A stretch of DNA of 64,000 nucleotides from positions 372,001 to 436,000 of the forward strand of contig OZ251245.1 of NCBI GenBank assembly GCA_965240325.2, read 5' to 3'. Position numbers and translations under genes: made by a program. Position 1 is the stretch's first letter, and each line of letters begins with the position of its first letter. This stretch comes from Rebecca billardiae RCC1528. Taxonomy: Eukaryota > Protista > Haptophyta. Below are positions 1-10,969 of this stretch, piece by piece. Under the pieces are notes generated by a model. The model was not told where the DNA came from. It worked only from the letters and a program-made list of their open reading frames with translations, and searched no databases.

Positions 1-263
1 CGACGGCGACGGGGCGGCGGCGTCGGTGGCGACGCAGGGCGCCATCAACGTCCGGGCGTTGCTTGTCCGGGTGCGTGTGCACAGCGCCTCAGCGCAGCCT
101 GAACTCTCCTAGATGGATCAGTCCCGCAGTATTCGCCCGGACCGACGCCCGACCACCCGGACGTGCATCCACATCATTAGATGCTGGCGTAATATCGCGA
201 GGCGGGGAAATCATCGGCCTCGGCGCCTCGCGGTGCGGACCCCGGTTGCGTCGTCAACTCACG

Positions 264-1798
264 ATGCGCGCTCTCCGTGTGGCCCTCGCGCTTGCGCTCG
301 TCGCGGTGGCCGGCGCCTACGTTGGGCAGCCGGCGTGCCGCGCCTCGCGCTCGCGCCTGGTGAAGCCCTCGGCGGCAGTCATGCTCGCCAAGAAGTGTAC
401 GCGCACTGCGCGGGGCGCGCGCGCGCGCATCGGAGACCGGGCCTCCCGATGGACCCTTCGAGCGCTTGCCGCCGCGGTGTGCCCTCGGCAACGGCGTCGC
501 CTTCGCGGGCCGGCCGGCGCGTGCGAGTGTGGGGGCATGCTCCTCGGCGGCCAGCGGCCCCGCCCGCCGTGCCGCCGTGCCCGTGCCGACTGCCCTTGTC
601 ACGCTCACGACTGTCTGTCCGCCCTCGCGCGCCGCCGATGCGCGTCTCTTGCGCCGCGGCGCCGGGCACGCAGCGCCGGGCGGTGGCGAGAAGCTCCCGT
701 TCAACGCGCCGCCGAAGCGCGTGAAGGGCGACTTCAAGTCGTCGCCGCTCTACCTGCAGGGCCTCACGGAGTGGGACTCGCCGGAGGAGTTCAAGCGTCG
801 GTTCGCGGTCACGGCTGCGTTTGGCGGTGAGCGGCGCGAGCGAGCTAACCCTAACCCAACCCTAAACCCTAACCCTGCGCGCGGGAAGGGGCAGCCGCCG
901 CGCGAGACGCGCTGCGTGCGTGAGGGGCGTGGGTGGCGTGTGGGAGGGCGCGCGAGCCTCGGGCTCCGCGCCGCGCGGGCCGAATCGCTCGCACGCGTCG
1001 GCGGGCGCACGCGCGCCGCCCTGGCCTGGCGCTCACACGCGGGCCCGCGCGCGCCACGCGCACCGTGCGCGCCCGTCAGGCTGGGCCGCGGCGTTCGGCC
1101 TGTACGCGGTCGCGAGCAGCAAGGGCGGCGTCACCGCTCCGTCGGAGAAGGCGACTGCGCCGCGCCAGTCCAAGTATGCCAAGCCTCCCGAGAAGAAGCC
1201 TGTGGTGCGCGCACAGGCGCCCCGCCCTACGCAGCGCGGCGCACTTGTCCCTCAGCCCGCGCGAGCCGAGCACGGCGCGTGCACAGCCGCTGGCTCCGAG
1301 CGGCGCCGCGCTCAGCTGCCGTGCCGAGCGCGCTGCCGGGCTGTGTGCCGGGCGGTGCGGCACGGGAGCCACGCGGCGCGGCGGCGCTGGTCCTGCCCGT
1401 GGCCCCCGTGCCCGCACACCTGCCGACCCTGTCATGCCCGTCAAGCCATCAGTGCCCCTCGCGCCCCGCAGCGCGTTGCGCCCTGCCCTGCGGTCCCTCT
1501 CACAGCGCTCTCCCGCGCGGCGCCTCCCGCGCGCCCGCCGCGCCCCGTGCGCCTGGCGTCTGAGCAGAAGCTCGTCCGGCCTGGGGACAAGACGGAGCCG
1601 AAGAAGCTCAAGTACAAGGGCGAGAAGAAGGGCGCGGCGCCGCCGCCGCCGCCGGAGGCGAAGGCGCCGCCGCCGCCGCCGCCGCCGCCCGCTGTTGAGC
1701 CGCCGCCGCCGCCGCCGCCGCCGCCAAAGGCCGAGGCCCCGCCGCCGCCGCCGCCGCCCGCGCCCGCGCCCGCGCCCGCACCGGAGCCCAAGGCGGCC

Positions 1799-1852
<54 letters not shown>

Positions 1853-2102
1853 GCGCCCAAGGCGAAGGCGGTCAAGGCAGACACTGCGGAGGTGTGTGTG
1901 TCGCCCCGCCGCGCCGCGCAGACTGCGCAGAGAGCGCGGCCACGCGCACGCCCCGAGCCTCTCGCACCGCGCCCGGCCGTTGGCAGCAGCCCGCCGCTGA
2001 CGACCCTCCCGCCCGTCCCCGCGCTCGCGTCCGCCCGTGCCCGCCGCGCCTCGCCCGCAGGCGGACTCGCTGCGCAACATGCTCCAGTCCGTGCGCAAGT
2101 AA
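264..2102 (+). CDS. Secreted or plastid-targeted Pro/Lys-rich protein, 5 exons (~258 aa)
   Basis: Signal peptide MRALRVALALALVAVAGA followed by an Arg/Ser-rich transit-like stretch. Exons 264-396, 674-826, 1080-1204, 1568-1891 and 2061-2102 join in frame through GT-AG introns. One hydrophobic segment (FAVTAAFGGWAAAFGLYAV) and a poly-Pro C-terminal region. Confidence 0.7.
845..876 (+). repeat. Interstitial telomere-like repeat (CCCTAA/CCCTAAA) inside intron 2
   Basis: ctaaccctaacccaaccctaaaccctaaccct read directly from the sequence. Confidence 0.8.
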
Positions 2103-2780
2103 GCGCGCCCCGAGCGGACGCGCAAGTAAGCGCGCCGCCTGAGCGGACGGCGCCGCGGCCGCGCCGCGCGCCTCCGCCAACGGGTGGCTCCCGCGCGCGC
2201 AGCCGCCGACTGAGGACTCGACGCTCGTGCCGAGCGCCTCTGTGTGCTGTGCGTGTGGGCTGCAAGGCTCTGAGTGCAACGCACCGGGGTGCTCGCGACC
2301 CTCACCTCGGACAGTGCCGCACTGGCGTCGTTACCAGTCGGCCGCACCGTGACGGGCACGGTCGCGGATCGCGCGGATCAACGCAGCTACTTATTGCGCG
2401 CATTTATTCTTTCGCAGAGTCGCGCTAAGCGCAGCTTCATCTCGTGATGTGATATATCGTCGGCATACATGTGCAGAGTCTCAATCTGCACATGTATCAT
2501 CCAGCCCGCACGTCGCGGGCGGCAGCTAGATTGCTCTGTTGACCTCGGATTAATACAACACTGTGCCTGCTGTAGACTGAAGAACTACAGTTTACTAAGA
2601 ATAATAAGAGACGACGCACACAGCTCAGGCAGGCGAGGTTACTGATTGTGACAGTATCTGCGCATGTCCATTGTCGTCAACCGAGATTCAGCGACGCCGC
2701 TGAATCTTGGTTGACGCCCCCGGTCTGGTGACTTCGTCGCCCGGCCGGGGCTCATCATCAAAAGCGAGACGCACACGACG

Positions 2781-4397
2781 ATGCCGGTGGGAACGTGCGC
2801 GTGCGCGAGGCGAAGCCTCGGCGGCGCTGCCGCGCTCATCCTCGCGGTGGGGTGTGCGATGCTCCTCGTCAGAAGCCGTTGGTCAACGCCGACTTGGCTC
2901 CTGTCGCCCACGACCGAGAGCGCACCCGTGCCGCAGCCGCTTGAGAAGGCGGGCGGCGGATGCGCACGCTGCCTGGCAACTCGGTGCCACGCACACCACA
3001 CGTGTGGCCGCTTCTTCTCCGAGCCCGCGGGGTGGCAGCGCCCGTTCTGCAAGTGCGCCTGCTGCCGCCTGCCGTGCGGCGTCCCGCGCCGGTGCCACGC
3101 CATCCCGCCTCACGCGCGCGGCTTTGCCATTAACGTGAGCACGCTCGTTGCCCGCGAGGACGGGGCGAGTGCCGCCTTCAAAGCGGCGGACGTGGGGCCC
3201 CAGCGGCCCGGCTCAGTGACGGCGGTCGCGCTCACGCCCGGCGCGCACGAGCTGATGGTCGCCGACGAGGCCCAAGGGGCCGTGCGCGTCGTCGGGCCGC
3301 TGCCAACCGACGTCGCCGACTCGGGTTCAAGCCCGCTGCGTCCGCACGTGCTTCGCGTCGGAAGCGGCGGGCGGCCGCGCGGTCTGGGCGCACGCGCCGC
3401 GGCGCATCCGAGCGTGCTCGTCGCGGACACGTTCGGCAGCGTGGTCCACCACCTCGACCTCGCCTCCGGCCGCCTCCTCCTCACCATCGGCAGCGGAGAA
3501 TGGGATCTCGTGGACGGCGCGCCCGCCACCGCAGCCTTCGCCTCACCGACCGGAATTGCCGTTTCCACCGATGGGGCCTTCGCGGTGGTGGCTGACACGG
3601 ACAACAACGCCGTCAGGCGCATCGAGCTGCCGTCCGGCCGCGTGCGCACGCTCGCCGGCGCGTACACCGAGCAGCCCGTCGACGGCCCCGTCGACGGCGT
3701 CGGCGCCGCCGCGCGCTTCTCTGGGCCTATGGGCGTGGCCCTGTCGGCGGATGGCGCCACGGTGTTCGTCGCAGACACGAGCAACCACGTGATCCGGGCC
3801 GTGGACGTGGCGACGGGGCGGACGAGCACGCTCGCCGGCACCGGCGAGCGCGGCGCGCGCGACGCCGGGGCTGGGGGCCACCGGCACGCCGAGGGCCAGT
3901 TCCACTCGCCGCGCGCGCTCTGCGTAGCGCCGGGCGGCGACGCGCTGCTCGTGGCTGACACGGGCAACCACCTGGTCCGGATGGTGGACATTTCCGGAAA
4001 TTGCCGCAGCCAGTGCGCGGTCTTGACACTCGCGGGGCAGGGCACGCCGGGCCACCGCGACGGCATCGCGCCCGCCTCGCTCTTCAAGTGGCCCGCGAGC
4101 ATCGACGCATCGTTCCTCGGCCCCGCCGACCGTGCCGCCGCAGTCGGTCCAGCCACCGATGCGGCCGACCGTGCCGCCGCAGTCGGTCCAGCCACCGATG
4201 CGGCCGACCGTGCCGCCGCAGTCGGTCCAGCCACCGATGCGGCCGACCGTGCCGCCGCAACGCACGGCGGCGCGAGTCCACTCGCCCACGTGTACGTCGC
4301 CGACGAGGGCAACGCGCGCGTGCGCCGCATCGTGTACGACGTGGCCGCGGTCCGGTGCAAGGCGACGCCGCATGCGCGCGAGTGCCGCCACGCGTAG
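2781..4397 (+). CDS. NHL-repeat beta-propeller protein with N-terminal anchor and Cys/His-rich module
   Basis: Repeated PxGIA...VADTxNxxVR motifs (VADTDNNAVRRI, VADTSNHVIRAV, VADTGNHLVRMV, VADEGNARVRRI) and an N-terminal hydrophobic segment. Confidence 0.88.
   Translation: MPVGTCACARRSLGGAAALILAVGCAMLLVRSRWSTPTWLLSPTTESAPVPQPLEKAGGGCARCLATRCHAHHTCGRFFSEPAGWQRPFCKCACCRLPCGVPRRCHAIPPHARGFAINVSTLVAREDGASAAFKAADVGPQRPGSVTAVALTPGAHELMVADEAQGAVRVVGPLPTDVADSGSSPLRPHVLRVGSGGRPRGLGARAAAHPSVLVADTFGSVVHHLDLASGRLLLTIGSGEWDLVDGAPATAAFASPTGIAVSTDGAFAVVADTDNNAVRRIELPSGRVRTLAGAYTEQPVDGPVDGVGAAARFSGPMGVALSADGATVFVADTSNHVIRAVDVATGRTSTLAGTGERGARDAGAGGHRHAEGQFHSPRALCVAPGGDALLVADTGNHLVRMVDISGNCRSQCAVLTLAGQGTPGHRDGIAPASLFKWPASIDASFLGPADRAAAVGPATDAADRAAAVGPATDAADRAAAVGPATDAADRAAATHGGASPLAHVYVADEGNARVRRIVYDVAAVRCKATPHARECRHA
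4125..4259 (+). repeat. 39-bp coding tandem repeat x3.5 (ADRAAAVGPATDA)
   Basis: Unit gccgaccgtgccgccgcagtcggtccagccaccgatgcg repeated identically in frame. Confidence 0.92.
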
Positions 4398-4863
4398 CCG
4401 AGCAGACCGGGCTCCCGACCCCTGGGCCCTGCCGCTCAGGTCCCTCGATCAGATTCTGTGCCAACCCGCTGCGGGCGCTGTCCCGCACTCCTGCACTCCA
4501 TGCAGTCAGCAGTGGTGCGCTCATCAGCTCTCATATCATAGTATACAGGGCGTCGACATCGTCATTCCGGGGCGCTCGTGCTGGGAGTGGGAATCGGAGG
4601 CTACCCAGTCCCAGTCCGGCATCGTCAGGAGCAAACTGCGCGACGAATCGAATGTCGACTGCCACTGAGTACTGTCGACGGTCTCGACGGAGTGTCCTCG
4701 CCCTGGTCCGGAATGCGTTGCTCAGCCAGCCGGACTTGAGACTGCGCCCCGAATGACGGTTGGCCTTGGCGGGCGCGCGGCCACTGGTCGACGTAGTATT
4801 CTTAGCAGCGTCGCCGGCTTGCCGCCCACCCGCCAATCGTCTCCGCGCGCACCGACAAGCCAC

Positions 4864-5688
4864 ATGCCGCCGAAGAAGGGGATCACAAAGGCGTCCAAGG
4901 TCGCGTTTGTCAACAAGGCGCACTCGCAGGCACGCGCCAAGACAACTAAGCCGCTCACCGTCAAGCGCACGCCCTTCCGCGCGGAGTACTCGCTTCCCGG
5001 CCCGCCGCGCACGGTCGACCGCCCTGCCGAGCTCGAGGTGTACGTCGGCGACGACGGCCTGCCCCTCTGCCTTCCGCGCGAGGCCAACGTTTGGGACAAG
5101 GAGGTGCGCAAGAATGCCGTTGCGCCTTCGAACGATCTGCTCGGGCGGACCACGTGCCTCATGATCCACAGCCCGGACAACAGCCGCAGCCGTGACAACA
5201 CCGCTTTGTCGGAAGCCATCCGCGGTGTTCTTGGGCGCTGCCCGAAGCTCACCGAGCTGCACTGGCTGAATGCCTTTGACGTGCCCGTGGTCTTCGCGCA
5301 CGCCGAGACCCCGCCCCACCTCAACGCCCAGCTGAAAAAGCTCTCGCTCCTCGGCGCGGATCTGTGGCACGAGCAACTCCTCGAGCTCACCGGCAAGCTC
5401 AGTGGCCTCGAGGAGATCGACCTGCGCCGCGCCATCAGCAGCGAGGGCCTGCCGTGGCGCGACATCTACCTCCCAGCCGAGTGTCATGACGACCGCGCGC
5501 CCTGGACCGAGCCCCTCGAGACCTTCGCCGCGAGCTGCCCGATGCTGCGCACCATCGACATGCGCGGCATCATTGACAAGTGGGACACGTTCAACCACTG
5601 CCTCGACGACGACGTGATCCTCACGCTCGCCAAGCGCGGCGTGCAGCTCAAGGGCACCGAGAAGAAGTTCATGTTTGTTGGGCGTTGA
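4864..5688 (+). CDS. Hypothetical protein with LRR/RNI-like C-terminal repeats
   Basis: Coding-like codon usage from ATG 4864 (MPPKKG...). LxxLxL patterns: CPKLTELHW, LKKLSL, LEEIDL, CPMLRTIDM. Confidence 0.65.
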   Translation: MPPKKGITKASKVAFVNKAHSQARAKTTKPLTVKRTPFRAEYSLPGPPRTVDRPAELEVYVGDDGLPLCLPREANVWDKEVRKNAVAPSNDLLGRTTCLMIHSPDNSRSRDNTALSEAIRGVLGRCPKLTELHWLNAFDVPVVFAHAETPPHLNAQLKKLSLLGADLWHEQLLELTGKLSGLEEIDLRRAISSEGLPWRDIYLPAECHDDRAPWTEPLETFAASCPMLRTIDMRGIIDKWDTFNHCLDDDVILTLAKRGVQLKGTEKKFMFVGR

Positions 5689-6969
5689 GGACAAGGATGC
5701 GTACCGCTGCACCCCGCAGGCTCGTCATCATCCTCAGGAACGCGTATTCGGTGCTTGCTGACAGACTTTGATGACTTGCCCCTTGCCCGTTGACGGTGGC
5801 ACAACAAAGCTGGACCTGAGTGTACTCATTATTAGTCATTCTATTGATTGAACGTCACAGGTAGGACGACGCGGGTCTCCTGATTCGTCGGCGGCAGTGC
5901 CCGGTCGCCGACACGAAGTCGGCGTTGGTGGCAGAGCATACTGTAGCCTGCACCGCAATCGAAAGCCGTGCTCATCATCCGTGCTGGGGCGGAATTGATA
6001 TTCGCTGACCGGGCATTACGTGCCTACGCTTTCTAGTAAGTTTTGCCGGACGAACATAGAGTCTAGATGATGCGCTGCCTTATGAACAGGGCGCAATGAT
6101 CATCAATAATGATACCGAGATGAATAGAAGCAGCAGTCGTAGCTCGGATGTGCTCGGAGCCGAGAGCCCAGTCTGCGGAGTGCCGCAGCTCCTCGGTCCG
6201 CGCCGCGCGCAGTCCACGATGGCCCATGCCCGTCTACATGACGATGTCGTCATCGTATATCATCAAGTTCAACGTGCGTGATCGTGGCGGCGATGATCGG
6301 CCCGGTCGTGATGCTGCCGAGTGGGACCGATGACGCGGGCGGCGGCGGCCGGGGCTGACGCCAGTGCTCGCACTGAGTGGAGTGTGGTCATCACTGTGCT
6401 CGGGCGGTCTCGATCCTATCCGAATAATCATCGTCGGCGGATCGTCGAGTAGGATCGCGATGACTGCTGACGATGATTATGATGCGCGCGCTGCATATGC
6501 GGTAGTCGCACTGCCAATATATATATAGTGCATAGCAGTATGATGATGCGCGCGCCGCCGAATGAAATGCTGCGCGCGTATATCGGCGCTGTATGATCCG
6601 CTTGGACGTTTGGACGATCGACTCCGAATTCGACGATGATCGTCATCGCGAGTAGTGAGCGCTAGCGCGGATGGAGTACGTGCACGATGCGCGCGCGGGA
6701 CGCAGTAGTCACCGACGTGATATAGACTATACTGCTGATGTATCATAGACTATCAACACCATCTACCGCGTCGTCATCAGTTGGACCAGTGTGACTCGCT
6801 GGCGGCACGGCATCAGCACGGTGCGCCCGAGAGGCAAGAACCGCCGAGATCATCAAACGTAGTGCGCGCCCGCTCCGAGTGGACCAGCCTGAGCCAGCCT
6901 CCGCCATCAGTCGCTCCGGCTCGTGGCCACACGGCCGAGGGCGTGCGCCCGCCCTTGCCGGCGCGCGCG

Positions 6970-8202
6970 TCACGGGCTGAAGGTGTAGTCGATGGTTGCG
7001 GTGATCACGATGGCGCTGGCGATCACGATGGGAACCGACATCGGCCCGGCCAATAGAATGTGCCCCGCAAGGACCGTGAGGACGATCGATGTGGCGACCG
7101 CGACAGACTTGATCACCGAGTCGAACTCGACGATGGTCAGCGCGACGAGCAGCCCGCCCATTGCGCCGAGGACGCCGATCGCCAGCTCGAACGGCCCCCA
7201 GCCGCGGAGCGGGTCCTCGGGCGAGTCGTAAATCGCCATGGGCACAAAGATCAGAAGGGACCACGCGGCGAGCTGCACGTTCCTGTGCCAGATGGTGAGC
7301 GGGGTCGACTTGAGAACCTTCTCAAAGTAGACGGTTGCGAAGCCCGAGAGTAGCGCCTCGAGCAGCACCGCGCTCACGCCGATCAGCATGTCCGCCGCTG
7401 CTCGTCTCGCCGCCGCGCGCGCCAGCGCCGACGATTCGCCGTGCGACAGCGTGGCCGCGAGCCCGGCGCTCAGCTGCCCGTCCTCGGCGTCGGTGACGTT
7501 GGCGGCGCCGATGATGGCGTCGAGCCGGCGGCGTCCGGACGCGCCCTCGGAGGCCATGCGGTTCCCCTCGTACGTGATGAGCACCACCCCGGCGAGCAGC
7601 AGCAGCAGCGCGCGCCACTTGGCGAACGAGAGCTGCCGACTGAGCAGCAGCCGAGACAGCACGGCCGTGGTGATCAGCTTGCACTGCTGGAGCACGGCGA
7701 AGAGCCCGGCGGGGATGTGCGCGAGCGAGATGAAGCCGAGGATATTCATGCACAGGAAGATGGACGCTGGCACGAGCATCTTCGACGAGTGCGCGCTGAC
7801 GAAGCCAAACAACGAGCCGTACTCTTTCCGACCTTCCACCGTGCGCACGTCGCGTAGCATCATCGAGAACGAGGTGACGAGCTTGATGAGCTCGCCGAGC
7901 GCGAGCATGCTGCTCGTTGTGGCCTGGTCGTGCGAGACCGCGGTCACGTAGCGCCGCAGGATCGAGAAGCCCGCGTTCTGGATGCACACCATCGCCAGCA
8001 GCAGGAAACGACGGTTCATAACGAGCGACGCGAGGCTCGGCTCGCTCTCATCCGTGTACGAGCGCAGTTGTGCATGTCTGCTATGTGGTTCGGAGCTGCT
8101 CATCCCGGCATGCTTCAACGGCCTCAGCTCAGGGGAGGACCCGTTGCGTACCTCCTCGTCATCGTGGTGCTCGTCGTCGCTGGTGATCAGCGAGGTGCCC
8201 AT
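6970..8202 (-). CDS. Nucleotide-sugar transporter (SLC35A-like, CMP-sialic acid/UDP-galactose family)
   Basis: Family motifs ELIKL, VPASIF..MNIL, QCKLITTA, SGFATVYFEKVLK, IWHRNVQLA, GGLLVA and DSVIK; multiple TM helices. Confidence 0.92.
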   Translation of the reverse strand: MGTSLITSDDEHHDDEEVRNGSSPELRPLKHAGMSSSEPHSRHAQLRSYTDESEPSLASLVMNRRFLLLAMVCIQNAGFSILRRYVTAVSHDQATTSSMLALGELIKLVTSFSMMLRDVRTVEGRKEYGSLFGFVSAHSSKMLVPASIFLCMNILGFISLAHIPAGLFAVLQQCKLITTAVLSRLLLSRQLSFAKWRALLLLLAGVVLITYEGNRMASEGASGRRRLDAIIGAANVTDAEDGQLSAGLAATLSHGESSALARAAARRAAADMLIGVSAVLLEALLSGFATVYFEKVLKSTPLTIWHRNVQLAAWSLLIFVPMAIYDSPEDPLRGWGPFELAIGVLGAMGGLLVALTIVEFDSVIKSVAVATSIVLTVLAGHILLAGPMSVPIVIASAIVITATIDYTFSP

Positions 8203-8345
8203 AGTGCGGCAGGAAGAACGCGCTGGTATCTGGCCGCGAGATTCCTGTTTTCACTTTTCTTCGCTGTTCAGCCGGTGACGCGAGCTCGCGACGACACCGG
8301 ACGCACGAGTGCTGTGCGCCCGGATCGGCGCGCTCGCTTTCGGCG

Positions 8346-9419
8346 ATGGCCTCCTCGAGCGCGGCCGATGCCACCGCGATCGACGCCAAGGTCGCGCGCA
8401 CGGACACGCGCATGGTGATCGTCGACGCGTTCGAGCGCAAGCTCGAGTCCCTGCGCATGCAATCGGAGGCGATCGACGAGGAGCGCGAGCTCGTGCTCCG
8501 TGAGCTCCGCGAGCTGCGCGAGCGACTGGGCGAGGAGTCGGAGGACGAGCTGCCGCCGCGCGGCGCGGGCAGCCCTGCCGGCGCACCGGCGAGCACGCCT
8601 GTACCCGTCGCCCCAGTGTCGCCCCTCGCGCTCGCCGCGTCGAGCCGCCACCCCGTGAGCCAGGCGCTCACCGTCGACGCCTTCGACACGCCGTGGTCCC
8701 AGCTCGGCGATTCGATCGCGCTGCACGTGTCTCCGACCGTGGAGGAGCACGTCCTCACGGCGTGGCGCGTGTGCGCAGGCCTGGGGAGCGAGCTGCGCTG
8801 CGTGGCGCTCGGTGCGGAGGGCGAGCTGTGCGCCATCATCGTGCACGCCGAGGGCCAGTCCTGGACGAGCGGGCTCCCGGACATGCTCTCCTCCGCACTG
8901 CACACACGCACGCTCACGTCGCCCGCGGTGCGCGCGACGCACGTGGCGATGGGCACGGACGAGCGGTACTACGTGCGGTACACGAACGGCGTGCACGACT
9001 GGGTCGCGAGCGACGAGTGCTCCGCCGCGATCGAGAGCAAGCCCCCCGCGCAGCTCGCCTTCGGCGCGGAGTGGGGCTCGTTCTGCGCGCTGTTTCAGGA
9101 CGGCTCGGTCGAGTACGCGCGCCTGCCCCCGGGGCTGGAGGCGGAGCTGGAGCGTCGCGGCGCGGGCGACGCCCGGCTGAAGGACGTCGCGCTCGGCCCG
9201 GTGGGCGAGTGGTGGCTCCTCTACGCCGACGGCAGCAGCCGGTGGGGCGGGCTGAGCGACGCGCTCATGGCGCGCCTGCACACGCTGCACAGGACTGGGG
9301 GCATGATCACCGCGCTCGCGTTCGGAGCGGACGGAACGTTTGTCTTGCGGTACGCGAAGGGCTCGCCCGCCGTGCGCGCGCTGTGGCCCGCGGCGCACAC
9401 GGAGACGGGCCCAGCCTGA
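8346..9419 (+). CDS. Hypothetical protein (coiled coil plus repeated VAL/LAFGxxGxW/F beta motifs)
   Basis: Long coding-like ORF with an N-terminal coiled coil. Repeats VALGAEGE, VAMGTDERY, LAFGAEWGSF, VALGPVGEWW and LAFGADGTF. Confidence 0.7.
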   Translation: MASSSAADATAIDAKVARTDTRMVIVDAFERKLESLRMQSEAIDEERELVLRELRELRERLGEESEDELPPRGAGSPAGAPASTPVPVAPVSPLALAASSRHPVSQALTVDAFDTPWSQLGDSIALHVSPTVEEHVLTAWRVCAGLGSELRCVALGAEGELCAIIVHAEGQSWTSGLPDMLSSALHTRTLTSPAVRATHVAMGTDERYYVRYTNGVHDWVASDECSAAIESKPPAQLAFGAEWGSFCALFQDGSVEYARLPPGLEAELERRGAGDARLKDVALGPVGEWWLLYADGSSRWGGLSDALMARLHTLHRTGGMITALAFGADGTFVLRYAKGSPAVRALWPAAHTETGPA

Positions 9420-9865
9420 AGGGTGTGCGCAGACCGCTGGCGGCAGCGGGCAGCCGGTGAGGCAGCTGATTAGCAGCGCTGAGCGGCCTCATGACGACGA
9501 GCCGTCAGATCGCGGGGCTAGGGCGGGGCAGCCTCCGCCCTCCATCGGCCTCCATGGGCATGGGCATGGTAACAGTCAGCCTGATGAGCCTACAGTACTG
9601 CCACTACGGACCGCCTCGTCTGACGAGACTGCCGCTGATGCGGCTCCGCGAGTGCCGGGGGCGACTCGATGCAGCCTCTGGCGATGCGTCACCTTGACTC
9701 ATCGGACGACTGCCTCGAGGCTAAAAGTTCTACATCAGGTACCGGACTGTAGTCTGTACTCGGCTGGACTAGCTAGTAAATACTCAGCATCTTCGGGAAC
9801 AGTGCTTCCTCACTCAAGAACTGTGCCGCGCCGACCGCAAAGCAGATCACGCTCAATCAATCAGC

Positions 9866-10687
9866 ATGGCGATGCCGCCGCCCGTCATGCGGCCGAGGAA
9901 GCCAGCCAGGCAGGCGACGCTGGGGTCGGACACGCTGCTTCGCGCGCTGATCCAGGCCGCCGAAGACGGCGACGCGCTCTCGCAGTATAGCCTGGGCGCG
10001 AGGTACGACGAAGGTATAGGCGTCTCCGTCAATCACGCGGAGGCGGTGAAGTGGTTTGCGCTCGCAGCTGAGCAGTCGCATGTGGAGGCGCAGTTCGCGA
10101 TGGGTTGGGCGTGCGCGAACGGCGAGGGGACGCAGCAGGACGACAAAAAGGCGTTCGACTGGTTTTCCAAGGCCGCGGAGCACGGCCATGCCGACGGAGT
10201 GCACCAGCTCGGCATCTGCTACGCCAAAGGATGGGGCACGCCGCTGGACGAAAGCGCGGCGGCGCGCTGCTACCGCAAGGCCGCCGAGCAGGGCCACGCC
10301 GAGGCGCAGTGGGCGCTAGGTATGGCGTACGAGGGCGGGACGGGCGTCGAGGAGGACGACGACCAGGCCGCGCACTGGTACAGGGCCGCCGCCGAGCAGG
10401 GCCACGCGGAGGGCCAATTCAGCTACGGTGTTTGCCTATCGATCGGAGCTGGCGTGCCGCAGGACGCGGCCGAGGCAGCGAGCTGGTGCCGAAAGGCCGC
10501 CGAGCAGGGGCACGCGGAGGCGCAGTTCTCGCTGGGCAAGCTCTACGCGCAGGGGAAAGGCGTCGCGCGCTCCGAGGCAGACGCGCGCGGCTGGTACCGC
10601 AAGGCGGCAGAGCAAGGCCACAAGGAGGCGCGAGAGGCGCTCGATCAAGCGACCGCGGCGAGATCACGATCTGGGTCGACGAGCTGA
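9866..10687 (+). CDS. Sel1-like repeat (SLR) protein
   Basis: About six repeats of AxQGHxxAQxxLGxxYxxGxGVxxDxxxAxxWYxKAA. Confidence 0.95.
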   Translation: MAMPPPVMRPRKPARQATLGSDTLLRALIQAAEDGDALSQYSLGARYDEGIGVSVNHAEAVKWFALAAEQSHVEAQFAMGWACANGEGTQQDDKKAFDWFSKAAEHGHADGVHQLGICYAKGWGTPLDESAAARCYRKAAEQGHAEAQWALGMAYEGGTGVEEDDDQAAHWYRAAAEQGHAEGQFSYGVCLSIGAGVPQDAAEAASWCRKAAEQGHAEAQFSLGKLYAQGKGVARSEADARGWYRKAAEQGHKEAREALDQATAARSRSGSTS

Positions 10688-10969
10688 TGAGTCACATACG
10701 TACATCAGTACGTCATCAGACTAATTCTATGATTTAAAGACACAGGCACGAGGGCGCAGCTCTCCTGATTCGTCTGTAGTGGTACTGGTCGAAGCTTGCA
10801 GCAGTGGCAGTGGTGTGAGCGCGTTGATGTTGGTCCCCATGCGTCGTCATCGGAGTCGATTTATTTATTCTGACTCAGCAGTTCACAATAATATGCATGT
10901 CGTCGCGTAGTTATTATATTATTATAAGTCATCACAGACTCACAGTGTCACACAGCATGAGCATCAATA

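Noticed and set aside
4125-4259. CRISPR-like array
   Set aside because: Contiguous identical 39-bp units without unique spacers, in frame within a eukaryotic CDS, and no cas genes.
6096-6740. Possible retroelement or pseudogene remnant (LYDPLG-like fragment)
   Set aside because: A single short motif amid stops; not enough to support a call.
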